Shown one piece after another: positions 16,920-27,536 of a stretch of DNA of 64,000 bases. Every line of letters begins with the position of its first letter. Position 1 is the stretch's first letter. The position numbers were made by a program, and so were the translations under genes. The notes beneath the pieces were generated by a model, which did no database searches, was not told where the DNA came from, and saw nothing but the letters and a program-made list of their open reading frames with translations. The stretch lies in contig CANQVK010000014.1 in NCBI GenBank assembly GCA_947627275.1, forward strand, positions 666-64,665, read 5' to 3'. The DNA is from an uncultured Ruminococcus sp. Its GTDB lineage: Bacteria > Bacillota > Clostridia > Oscillospirales > Ruminococcaceae.

Positions 16920-17043
16920 AATTCATATATTTCACATTATCTTTTAAAATTGATTTTCGTGTATCAAGAAGCAGCTTCTTGACAAAAGCAATGGATTATT
17001 GTATAATAAACTTATCAAAAAAAGCTGAAAAGGAGTTTTTATT

Positions 17044-17997
17044 GTGGAATTTCTTTTAACAGACGATAATGAAATAACCCTCGAAATAGAAAAGCTTATG
17101 CTGGAAAGCTGCGGACTATCGGTCGTAACGGCAGGCTCGGGAGAGGAGGCTGTACGGCTTGCGTCGGAGAAGGAGTTTTTCATGATCTTCATGGATATAC
17201 ATATGCCGGAGATGAACGGTTTCCGCGCGTCTGAGCTTATCAGGGAGAGCAGTCCGAATGTGCCGGTTATTGCGCTTTCCGCCGATGAAATTGCTCCGGA
17301 CGATCCCGAATACATAAAAAGCGGAATGAACGGTTCTCTGCTCAAGCCGCTTCAAATGGACGATTTAAAAGAGCTGCTGAATCGTTTTCTCGTTATCGAC
17401 TTTGAGGGAGAAAACGTTGAAAGCTCTGACGATACTTTGTTCTGTTATGATGAGCTTTTCGCTGTTATGAAGGATAAAAAGGCCGTACTGCGGCTTCTCA
17501 CGCAATTTCTCAGCGTACATAGCCATGACTGCGAAATGCTGAACGAGTATGTAAAAAACGGGGAGATAATTTCCGCGAGGGAAATACTTCACAACGTTAT
17601 CGGAATTTCGGGAAATATGTTCTGTAAGCGGCTTTACCGTGTTTCGGGCAGACTGAGCGACGAACTGAAAAAAGGCGTTTCGGACAGTCTCGACAGCTTT
17701 ACGGAAATCTGGAACGACACTTTCAAAGAGCTTTCCGACTGCCGCAAAAAGCTTTCGGAGGAGGAAGAAACTTCCGCAGGTTCGGAGGATTGGCAGTCGC
17801 TTCGTGAGAATTTTGCCTCGCTCTGCGAAGATTTTGACGTTTCCGCAGCGGAGCTTTTTGTTGAAAACATGGGAGTTTTTGAGGCAAATATGACTCCCGA
17901 AGATTTCAAACAGCTTAAAAACGCAGTATCAGGCTATGATTTCCCATGGATAACAGATAATTTGGAGGTGCTTTATGTACAAGGTTCTCTTGGTTGA
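17044..17997 (+). CDS. Receiver-domain protein with Hpt-like domain
   Basis: REC (TDDNE, FMDIHMP, LLKP) then helical domain with REILHNVIGISGN His motif. Confidence 0.75.
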   Translation: MEFLLTDDNEITLEIEKLMLESCGLSVVTAGSGEEAVRLASEKEFFMIFMDIHMPEMNGFRASELIRESSPNVPVIALSADEIAPDDPEYIKSGMNGSLLKPLQMDDLKELLNRFLVIDFEGENVESSDDTLFCYDELFAVMKDKKAVLRLLTQFLSVHSHDCEMLNEYVKNGEIISAREILHNVIGISGNMFCKRLYRVSGRLSDELKKGVSDSLDSFTEIWNDTFKELSDCRKKLSEEEETSAGSEDWQSLRENFASLCEDFDVSAAELFVENMGVFEANMTPEDFKQLKNAVSGYDFPWITDNLEVLYVQGSLG

Positions 17998-18751
17998 AGA
18001 TGACGCCGCACTTCGGTTCATCTATTCAAAAATGAAAACTTGGTCGGAATGCGGATTTTCTATTGCCGCCGAAGCTTCAAACGGAAAAGCGGCTCTTGAA
18101 ACCCTCGAAAAAAATTCCTTCGACCTGATTTTTACAGACATAAGAATGCCGTTTATAGACGGCATAGAAATGCTGCGAAAGCTCAATGAATCGGGAAATA
18201 CGCTTCCCGTTATATTCGCCAGCTCCTATGACGAGTTTGAGTATGCGCGGCAGGGGCTTATTCTCGGAGCGTTCGATTATCTGCTGAAACCCGTAGATCA
18301 GCGGAAGCTGGAGGACGTTCTTCTGCGCGTAAAAAAGCGTATAGATGAAATGGATCAGGGCAGCCGCATACAGCCGTCCGTCGAGGAAGTCCTGAAACAG
18401 CTTGACGTTTCTGCGGACACCAATAAATTTGTAAATCAGGTGGCGATGTACTGCTCTCAGCATTACGGGGAGATCATCACCGTTGACGATATTGCCGAGG
18501 CGCACGCCTACAGCAAGGATTACTTCGGCAAGCTGTTCAAGCAGCATTTTGGCGTGACCTTCCACGAGTTCTACTCAAAGATAAAAATAGAATACGCCAA
18601 GGAGCTTATCCGCACAGGCAACTACAAGGCATATGAGATAAGCGATATACTGGGGTATTCTTCTGTGGATTATTTCACTAAGGTGTTCAAGGAATTTACG
18701 GGTATGACCCCGTCAAAGTACAAGGCTGAGCTGACGCCGTCAAAAAAGTGA
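17975..18751 (+). CDS. YesN-type response regulator (REC + AraC HTH)
   Basis: LLVEDD, FTDIRMP, YLLKP; C-terminal ISDILGYSSVDYFTKVFK AraC signature. Confidence 0.92.
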   Translation: MYKVLLVEDDAALRFIYSKMKTWSECGFSIAAEASNGKAALETLEKNSFDLIFTDIRMPFIDGIEMLRKLNESGNTLPVIFASSYDEFEYARQGLILGAFDYLLKPVDQRKLEDVLLRVKKRIDEMDQGSRIQPSVEEVLKQLDVSADTNKFVNQVAMYCSQHYGEIITVDDIAEAHAYSKDYFGKLFKQHFGVTFHEFYSKIKIEYAKELIRTGNYKAYEISDILGYSSVDYFTKVFKEFTGMTPSKYKAELTPSKK

Positions 18752-18761
18752 GGAATAAAAT

Positions 18762-19835
18762 ATGAACAACTATGCTGAAATACTTGTGGTGGACGATATG
18801 CCCGATCACATTGCTTATTCGGGTAATCTGCTTCGTGCCGAGGGGTATCGTGTTTTTGCGGCTGCAAGCGGAAAGGCAGCGATACGTTTTCTTGAAAAGC
18901 GTATTCCCGACCTTATCCTGCTTGATATTCAGATGGGCGATATAAACGGTCTTGAAGTCTGCGAGATGATAAAGTCGAATAAGAAAACACGGGATATTCC
19001 GATCATATTTCTTACATCGGAAACAAGTCCCGAGATAATAAGTCGGGGTTTTGAGCTTGGCGGCTGTGATTATGTAAAAAAGCCGTTTATCAAGGAGGAG
19101 TATCTTGCGCGTATCAAGACGCACTTGCAGGTTTCATTTCAGCAGAAAGAGCTGACCGCAGCGAATAATGAGCTTACGCAGTTCTGTTCTGCGGTGTCTC
19201 ACGACTTGAAAGCGCCGTTCAACATAATCAACATGCTTATAGAAATGCTTCGTTCCGAATTGGGCGAAAATCCCGATGAAAGCATTGCCACTATAATGGA
19301 TATGATAGTATCAAAGGCTACCCAGACGAAAACAATGATAGAGCGGCTTTTTGATTTCTCGAAGATGTGCAATGTCAATGCGGTAGTACGTCAGGTGGAC
19401 ATCAGACCTATCGCCGAGGAGACGTATCACGACCTTAAGGAGCTTGAGCCCGATCGGGATATAGAGTTCATATGCGGAGAACTTCCTCTTGTTGACTGCG
19501 ACGAGGTGCTTATGAGGATAATGCTGAAAAATCTGCTTTCCAACGCTATAAAGTACACCTCAAAGCGTGAAAAGGCGGTTATCGAGCTTTCGGGACATTC
19601 AGAACAGGGCTACAACGTTATAAAGATCAAGGACAACGGTTCGGGATTTGATATGACGTATTCAAATAAGCTTTTTCAGGTATTTCAGCGGCTTCATTCC
19701 GAGGAGGAATTTGAGGGCAGCGGCGTAGGACTCGCGCTTATTCATCGTATAATGGAACGTCATGGCGGCAGAGTAGAAGCATACGGCGAGGTCGATAAAG
19801 GCGCGGAGTTTTCGCTTTGGTTTCCGAAACGATGA
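18762..19835 (+). CDS. Cytoplasmic hybrid histidine kinase (REC-HisKA-HATPase)
   Basis: REC LLDIQM; H-box VSHDLKAPF; N-box NLLSNAIKY; DNGSGF; GSGVGLA; no TM segment. Confidence 0.9.
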   Translation: MNNYAEILVVDDMPDHIAYSGNLLRAEGYRVFAAASGKAAIRFLEKRIPDLILLDIQMGDINGLEVCEMIKSNKKTRDIPIIFLTSETSPEIISRGFELGGCDYVKKPFIKEEYLARIKTHLQVSFQQKELTAANNELTQFCSAVSHDLKAPFNIINMLIEMLRSELGENPDESIATIMDMIVSKATQTKTMIERLFDFSKMCNVNAVVRQVDIRPIAEETYHDLKELEPDRDIEFICGELPLVDCDEVLMRIMLKNLLSNAIKYTSKREKAVIELSGHSEQGYNVIKIKDNGSGFDMTYSNKLFQVFQRLHSEEEFEGSGVGLALIHRIMERHGGRVEAYGEVDKGAEFSLWFPKR

Positions 19836-19846
19836 TATGCAAATAC

Positions 19847-19875
19847 AAAAAGGACTGCCGAAGCAGTCCTTTTTT
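19847..19875. terminator. Bidirectional terminator
   Basis: AAAAAGGACTGC-CGAA-GCAGTCCTTTTTT between convergent genes. Confidence 0.85.
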
Positions 19876-19880
19876 AATAA

Positions 19881-20408
19881 TTAGTCGTTATCGGGTTCAA
19901 GTACGGCATAGTTTCCGTCGGCACGCTTGTACACAACGTTTATCGTACCTGTTTTCGCATTGAGGAACATAAAGAACTCGTGGCTCAGAAGGTTCATTTG
20001 GAGAATAGCCTCCTCTACGTCCATGGGGCGCAGCTTGAATTTCTTTTCCTTGATAACCGTATAATCGGAGACTTCCTCGACAGGCTCGGCGAAAGCGTCC
20101 TTAAATGCGGTATCCTTCAGCTTCTTCTCGATCTTGGTCTTGTTCTTGCGGATCTGTCTGATGATCTTGTCAACAGCGTCGTCAAGAGCGTCGTTTTTAT
20201 CCACCGCCGCACGTTCGGAACGGTAGATAATGCTGTTATATTTTACAGTAAGCTCGACAACGATCTGATTTTTTATCTCTGACAGAACGATTTTTGCGTC
20301 CGCCTCGTCGCCGAAAAATTTACTGAGCTTTGAATCAATTTTCTCCTGTGCATATTCGGTAAAATTCTGTGGGATCTGCATTTTTTTTGCTGTAATGGTT
20401 GTTTTCAT
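19881..20408 (-). CDS. hpf: Ribosome hibernation promoting factor (long HPF/RaiA)
   Basis: DAVDKIIRQIRKNKTK and C-terminal PMDVEEAILQMNLLSHEFFMF...NVVYKRADGNYAVLE. Confidence 0.95.
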   Translation of the reverse strand: MKTTITAKKMQIPQNFTEYAQEKIDSKLSKFFGDEADAKIVLSEIKNQIVVELTVKYNSIIYRSERAAVDKNDALDDAVDKIIRQIRKNKTKIEKKLKDTAFKDAFAEPVEEVSDYTVIKEKKFKLRPMDVEEAILQMNLLSHEFFMFLNAKTGTINVVYKRADGNYAVLEPDND

Positions 20409-20663
20409 ATATAGTAGTCCTCCTTTGAGACTTTCGGAACGACGTTGAAGCAGGGGAGCATGTCCCGTTGCAGTCTCTGCCGAATCGAAGTCTGACTTAT
20501 ATGGAATAGAAATTCCATAATCATATTATACCATAATAAGAAAGCGTTTACAATAGAGTTTTGTTAATTTTGTATATTCTGTACAATCGAAGCAGAAATA
20601 TTTGTTAAAAATAGCAATATTTCCTTTTTGAGGAATGTTATCAATTTAAGCGTACAAATATTT

Positions 20664-20696
20664 GGATTCCAAAGGGACGGTGTTCCTTTGGAATCC
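20664..20696. repeat. GGATTCCAAAGG...CCTTTGGAATCC palindromic repeat
   Basis: 12-bp perfect arms; the same arm recurs at ~43595 and 58623-58646. Confidence 0.65.
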
Positions 20697-20707
20697 AGAT
20701 GCTCAGA

Positions 20708-22075
20708 TCAGCTGCAAAGGCTATTAAGCATGGTCGTAACGATATTTTCAGCAACAGCAGGCGTACTGTACTTATTTTCAAGAACTACGCAGAACGCAAT
20801 AGGATTCTTGGTATCGTCAACAAATCCCACGAGCAGAGCGTTTTCCTCCGCGCCGTCCTTTACCTGTGCAGTACCGCTTTTGATAGCCACGTTGTATCCG
20901 GGAATTGAATATTGGTAATGATTTGCGCCGTTGGTCATAAGTATCTGTTTTACGGCGGACGCTGTTGAGGCGCTGAAAAGCTTGTCGCTGTATGATGTTT
21001 CCGCCGTATCAACGGTTTTTCCGTTTACATCGGTGACGTGTTCGATAAGGTGCGGCATCGTCATTTTGCCCGTTTCGTTGGCAATTGCGCTTTGCCACAT
21101 CATAAGCTGTACAGGGCTTACAAGGGTCTTGCCCTGTCCGATGCAGCCCCATTGTGTGGAGAAATCCGAGGGATCGGTAAGCTTTGTTGACGCTTTTTCG
21201 CATTGAATGCCGTCAATATCAATATATCCGACCTCTGCCTCGGTTTCATCGTCGCTGACCGCATACCCCAGTTTGGTATACATTTCCTTTACACGGTCAA
21301 GCGGCAGATCGGAGTCCTCCACAAGCTGTGCAAAAAACGGATTACAGCTGTTTTCGACTGCCTGTTGTATATTCTGTTCGCCGTGACCCCAAGTATTATG
21401 ACAGTCGATCTTGCCGTCCGATTTATTTATGTAGTAACCCGAGCAGCTGAACTTTTTTGAAAAAAGAGCGCTTTGACCCATAATTTCCATAGCCGAGATA
21501 ACTGTTGAAACCTTTTGGGTAGAGCCGGGTACGGTTCGGTACATTGCTTTCTGCATGAGAGTTCCCGATTTCATGTTTTCGAGACCTGCGTAGCCTTTGG
21601 AGGGGTCTATATTGGGCAGACTTGTGCAGACAAGCAGTTCGCCTGTTTTATAGTTGTATGCGACAGCGCAGCCGTCCGCCCCCATAAAAGCATCGTAAGC
21701 GGCTCGGTTAGCCTTATGGTCGAGAGTAGTATAGATAGCGGCTTTACCGCCTTTTTTCACAAGACCGCTGTTGAAGCTGTAATTATTGAGACTGTCAAGA
21801 TTCTGCGCCACAAGGGTATTTTCCATTTGTCCCTTGTCGTCGCCGATAAGGTTGCCCACATCTATGAAGTGATTGTTAGGATAGTCGCCATTTCCCGAGC
21901 CGTCGAAAAGCACGTCGCCGTTTCTGTCGTAGACATTGCCGAGCTTATAGTTTTCGGAATGCGACATATAAAAGGGCGCCTGCTTGTTTATACGCACCGT
22001 AAGGGCGACGATTCCCGCAATAAAAGCAAGCAGAAACAGGGTCATAATATGCTGACATCTTCTTATACTTTTCAT
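20708..22075 (-). CDS. Class B penicillin-binding protein (PbpA-like transpeptidase)
   Basis: N-terminal TM; SxxK (STQK), SCN and KSG motifs. Confidence 0.9.
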   Translation of the reverse strand: MKSIRRCQHIMTLFLLAFIAGIVALTVRINKQAPFYMSHSENYKLGNVYDRNGDVLFDGSGNGDYPNNHFIDVGNLIGDDKGQMENTLVAQNLDSLNNYSFNSGLVKKGGKAAIYTTLDHKANRAAYDAFMGADGCAVAYNYKTGELLVCTSLPNIDPSKGYAGLENMKSGTLMQKAMYRTVPGSTQKVSTVISAMEIMGQSALFSKKFSCSGYYINKSDGKIDCHNTWGHGEQNIQQAVENSCNPFFAQLVEDSDLPLDRVKEMYTKLGYAVSDDETEAEVGYIDIDGIQCEKASTKLTDPSDFSTQWGCIGQGKTLVSPVQLMMWQSAIANETGKMTMPHLIEHVTDVNGKTVDTAETSYSDKLFSASTASAVKQILMTNGANHYQYSIPGYNVAIKSGTAQVKDGAEENALLVGFVDDTKNPIAFCVVLENKYSTPAVAENIVTTMLNSLCS

Positions 22076-23352
22076 GACGTCCTCCTTTTCGCTTGTTTAC
22101 GGGATTTCTTGGGCTTTGGATTCTTGAATACCGGCGACTGAGCGGCGGCTATCATGCCGATCATCAGACCGCTTGCGACCATGGAGCTTCCTCCTGCCGA
22201 GATAAACGGAATAGTTACGCCTGTAAATGGTATCATATTGCATGAACCGAAAATATTCAAAGCCATTTGTACCGTAAACGCCGCGCAGACGCCTGCGCAC
22301 ATCGTTGCGTGATAGTAGGAACGGGGCGGATTTACAAGAGGCATTGCAACAATGACGAGCAGCATAAGCGCAGTCATAAGGGCGTAGAGAAGTCCCCATT
22401 CCTCGCATATGGTGGAGAAAACTATATCGCTTTCATAGGCGACAACATTATGGAGAAAGCCTTCTCCCGGACCTTTGCCGAACCAACCGCCCTCCGCGAT
22501 ACCGATAAGAGCTTTGGTTTGCTGATAGCCGTTTACGTCGTCATTCCATATATCCACGAAAAGTCTGTCTTTAACATACGGCGGAGCAAGAATAACAGCC
22601 ACGATACCTGCCGCTGCCACGCATGAGCCTGCAATTATCAGCGTTTTCTTTGAAAATTTGGCTTTTGGGTAGCATATACGCAGCAGGAATCCCGATGCGT
22701 ATATCGCCGCAAATGTCGGTATACTGCCCAGATCTCTGCACCACCATTGGAACAGGATAACAGCGGCGACAATTCCGAAAAGGATAAGATTTTCATATAC
22801 CACATTGAAGCCGAGTACCTTGTGCTTGTTCTGCTGCTCCGAGATAGAGGTGGCGCAGGCGAGTACAAGAAGCGGCTTAATGAACTCCGAGGGCTGTATA
22901 GTCATAAATCCGAGGTCTATCCACATGCTGCGGCTGCCGCAGAAAAGGAATATCACGATCATCAGCACGCCGATACCCACCCAGACAAACTTCTTTTTAT
23001 CCTGGATCCAGCGGTGATTTCTGCACGCTATACAGCCTATCCGGCATGAGACAAGGGCGGCGATGCCGGTTATAAAGTGCTTTAGATCAAGGTGAACTCC
23101 GCCGAAGCATGATTGGAAGATATTGCTCATGTTCAGTATCAGAAGGAGCATGAAGTCTACCGCATATGTACGTTGCTTAAAGAACGGCATTACGATGAAG
23201 TACGCCGCATCAAGTCCGATAACAGCCGTACACAGGGTTATGACATCGTTGACGCTTTCGTAGTTGCCGTTCTGAAAAACGTTGAAAAGCATTGCGCCGT
23301 GAGCAATGATGACAAATACGCATGAAAAAAAATATGAGACAGGGTTGCTCAA
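22072..23352 (-). CDS. FtsW/RodA/SpoVE family SEDS protein
   Basis: TIQPSEFIKP, DLGS, GGWFGKGPG, ESDIVFSTICEEWG, GVTIPFISAGGSS motifs. Confidence 0.93.
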   Translation of the reverse strand: MSNPVSYFFSCVFVIIAHGAMLFNVFQNGNYESVNDVITLCTAVIGLDAAYFIVMPFFKQRTYAVDFMLLLILNMSNIFQSCFGGVHLDLKHFITGIAALVSCRIGCIACRNHRWIQDKKKFVWVGIGVLMIVIFLFCGSRSMWIDLGFMTIQPSEFIKPLLVLACATSISEQQNKHKVLGFNVVYENLILFGIVAAVILFQWWCRDLGSIPTFAAIYASGFLLRICYPKAKFSKKTLIIAGSCVAAAGIVAVILAPPYVKDRLFVDIWNDDVNGYQQTKALIGIAEGGWFGKGPGEGFLHNVVAYESDIVFSTICEEWGLLYALMTALMLLVIVAMPLVNPPRSYYHATMCAGVCAAFTVQMALNIFGSCNMIPFTGVTIPFISAGGSSMVASGLMIGMIAAAQSPVFKNPKPKKSRKQAKRRTS

Positions 23353-23762
23353 TTACGCTCCCTCCTTTTTCTGAAAATAAGACGGCGATTGCCGAGAGTT
23401 ATAATATCGTTGTCGTACAGGCGGACGTGCTGAACGTGAACGCCGTTTACATAAATTCCCGATTTTGAGCCAATGTCTGTGATAGTCCATTTGCCGTCGG
23501 TAACGTTGAGCATAGCGTGATACCTCGATACCGACATATCGGGCAGACGTATATCCGCAGAAGCGTGTCTGCCTATCAGTATTTCATCGCATTCGAGAGC
23601 GTATGAACGGTTCTGATCGGCAAGTTCCATATCGGCGGAGATCTTGCTCCACGCCTTTCTTTCCGACCGCCTTTCGCTGTACGAAGCCAATATCAGTACC
23701 AGCGCACATATATCCAAGGCAGCTGCTGCCGCCGCGCATAATATAAGATTCATGGATCCCAT
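23349..23762 (-). CDS. Membrane-anchored FHA domain protein
   Basis: N-terminal hydrophobic helix; IGRHASADI, VSRYHA, DIGSKSG FHA motifs. Confidence 0.9.
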   Translation of the reverse strand: MGSMNLILCAAAAAALDICALVLILASYSERRSERKAWSKISADMELADQNRSYALECDEILIGRHASADIRLPDMSVSRYHAMLNVTDGKWTITDIGSKSGIYVNGVHVQHVRLYDNDIITLGNRRLIFRKRRERN

Positions 23763-23921
23763 AAAAACACCCCTTACTTTAGCGAGTATTATAGTGAACG
23801 TCAAAATGTTTTGTCGTTTGCTATAATTCTTGTGTTTTGAATTTTCAGCAACTTTATTATAACACATATTGATGTCTATTGCAAGGGATGTACTTTTTTG
23901 TAATTTATATTTAAGGTAATC

Positions 23922-24746
23922 TTAATCTTTATAAAGTGAAATTTTATATTTTTGGCAGAACTCCGCTGCATTTCTTTTTATAGTATGATCAAGTTTTCCA
24001 TAACAGAAATTTTTAATATGCTCGGGAATATCGCCATAGAACGCTTCTGCGATTCCTCCTGCAATACAAGCCATAGTGTCTGCGTCGCCGCCGAGTGAAA
24101 CAGCGTTTCTTACAGCGCTTTCATAGTCGTTTGAATCAAGAAATGCAGTGACAGCAGGCGGTACGCTGTAGCTTGCGCTGCTGTCAAAGCTGTAATAGGG
24201 TCGTATATCGTCAACCGAATAGCTAAGATCATATCTGAACTTTTCACATATAAAATTTTTTATGCTCTCCTTGGAGCTGTTATGGGCGGCAAGAAAGACA
24301 GCGCATGCCACCGCCTGCGCCCCTCTTATGGCTTCACGGCAGTTATGCGTATACAGACAGCTTGCCTTAGCCTGAAGAAGAACCTGTTCAACGCTATCAT
24401 AGGCGTAACCGATAGGTACTGCGCGCATGGCCGCACCGTTGCCGTAGCTGCGCTGTATTCTCATATTTTTCACATCAGAAGCCCACTTGGTAAATAAATA
24501 TCCATACCCTGCATTAGGAAAATAGGAATAAAACTGCTTGTACTGAACAGCAAATTCCCTTGCACGCTGTTTTAGCCGACGTTTATTTATCGGACTGCCG
24601 TTTAACAGTATTGCTCTGCATACGGCAGCGGTCATAACGCTGTCATCGGTGAACGTGCATTCTCTGCGTAAAGGAAAATCGTATTCTTTTGTGCAGTGAA
24701 GTTCGTAATATGAACCGATTATGTCTCCGAAAATCGCACCGAACAT
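23922..24746 (-). CDS. ADP-ribosylglycohydrolase family protein
   Basis: GAIFGDIIGS, FTDDS, GNGAAMR, LGGDADT motifs. Confidence 0.92.
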   Translation of the reverse strand: MFGAIFGDIIGSYYELHCTKEYDFPLRRECTFTDDSVMTAAVCRAILLNGSPINKRRLKQRAREFAVQYKQFYSYFPNAGYGYLFTKWASDVKNMRIQRSYGNGAAMRAVPIGYAYDSVEQVLLQAKASCLYTHNCREAIRGAQAVACAVFLAAHNSSKESIKNFICEKFRYDLSYSVDDIRPYYSFDSSASYSVPPAVTAFLDSNDYESAVRNAVSLGGDADTMACIAGGIAEAFYGDIPEHIKNFCYGKLDHTIKRNAAEFCQKYKISLYKD

Positions 24747-24788
24747 TTTATTCCTCCAATTGCAAATCGTTTGGTTCTGTTACAGAAA

Positions 24789-24814
24789 TACGGCACACCG
24801 TAAGGCATGCCGTA
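24789..24814. repeat. Short REP-like hairpin after guaB
   Basis: TACGGCA...TGCCGTA inverted repeat. Confidence 0.4.
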
Positions 24815-24829
24815 ATTTTCATATAGTTA

Positions 24830-26486
<1,657 letters not shown>

Positions 26487-26512
26487 ATTTAAACCAAAGT
26501 TTATTAACTTTA

Positions 26513-26541
26513 ATAATAACATTTTTTCGTCATTATGTCAA
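26513..26541 (-). promoter_or_regulatory. guaB sigmaA promoter
   Basis: Minus strand TTGACA-17-TATTAT. Confidence 0.6.
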
Positions 26542-26681
26542 TAGCTGCGAAAAAAAGATATATAGAAAATAGATGTGGAATAAACGGCGGTATTTGTAGA
26601 ATATAGCGATATATACTCTCCTAAACTAAGAAAACAAACATCGGGATCCCAAAGTGACGGCGTTGTGCAGTCTTAAAATTT

Positions 26682-27536
26682 TTATCTGACCGTTGAATTT
26701 TTTGCGTATATTATCAGAATCTCGGCAGCGTCCGAAGAATCTATTACGCCGTCGCCGTTCATATCGCCTACTATCTGCTGTTTTGGAGTAAACTGAGGGG
26801 GCGTTCCCGTTGAGATGTTTGAATACTCGATAAGAACGCCGGATGCGTCGGAGGAATCCACCGTTTCGTCTCCGTTGACGTCGCCGGAGATAAAGTTATC
26901 GAGGTCAATAAAATCAATGTTATTTTCAAGAGCGTATTTTTCCGCGCAGCTTCCAACTGTGCCTTTTATAAGAAATCCGTGAACGGCAACGCTTCCCTGA
27001 CTGTGAAAATCCGCTTCCATGCCAAGAGCGTCCTTACCGATATAGGTCACGCTCGGAGGGATTTCCGTATCGAGCTTATCGCAGCCGAAAAACGCCTCGC
27101 TGCCGATAGAAGTCAGCGTACTCGGCATACTTACCGCAACAAGCTTCGGGCAGGAGAAAAAGCAGTCGTTAGGTATAGCTGTGATACCCTCTCCTATAGC
27201 GACCTCTTTAAGCTCGTTGCAGCTCATAAAAGCCTGTTCCCCGATAGACCTCACGGTCGTGGGGATAGTGAGCTTTTCAAGGCTCAGGCTGCCCATATAA
27301 GCCTTTTCGGAAATGGCGACAACACTGTATTCTTCGATTTTTTCGGGAACGACGGTTTCCTTGACGCTGCTCGGAACGGCAGCCGAAATAATTACCGCCG
27401 TTTTACCGTCGTCATTTATCTGATAGGTATAGCCTATCCCGTCAATTACCGCCGTAAGCTCCGTCTGCTCTGCCGCCGTCTTGGGGAATGCCGATAATGC
27501 AGCGATCCCGCCGACCAGAATGCTCAAAACCTTCAC
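26682..27536 (-). CDS. Secreted BspA-type LRR protein with dockerin
   Basis: GTG start with GGAGG; LEKLTIPTTVRSIGEQAF repeats; GDVNGDETVDSSDAS / GDMNGDGVIDSSDAA dockerin. Confidence 0.88.
   Translation of the reverse strand: MKVLSILVGGIAALSAFPKTAAEQTELTAVIDGIGYTYQINDDGKTAVIISAAVPSSVKETVVPEKIEEYSVVAISEKAYMGSLSLEKLTIPTTVRSIGEQAFMSCNELKEVAIGEGITAIPNDCFFSCPKLVAVSMPSTLTSIGSEAFFGCDKLDTEIPPSVTYIGKDALGMEADFHSQGSVAVHGFLIKGTVGSCAEKYALENNIDFIDLDNFISGDVNGDETVDSSDASGVLIEYSNISTGTPPQFTPKQQIVGDMNGDGVIDSSDAAEILIIYAKNSTVR

Noticed and set aside
20409-20520. Long raiA-motif ncRNA upstream of hpf
   Set aside because: Leader is only ~110 nt and lacks the conserved sequence I recall for that motif; kept only as a generic structured leader.
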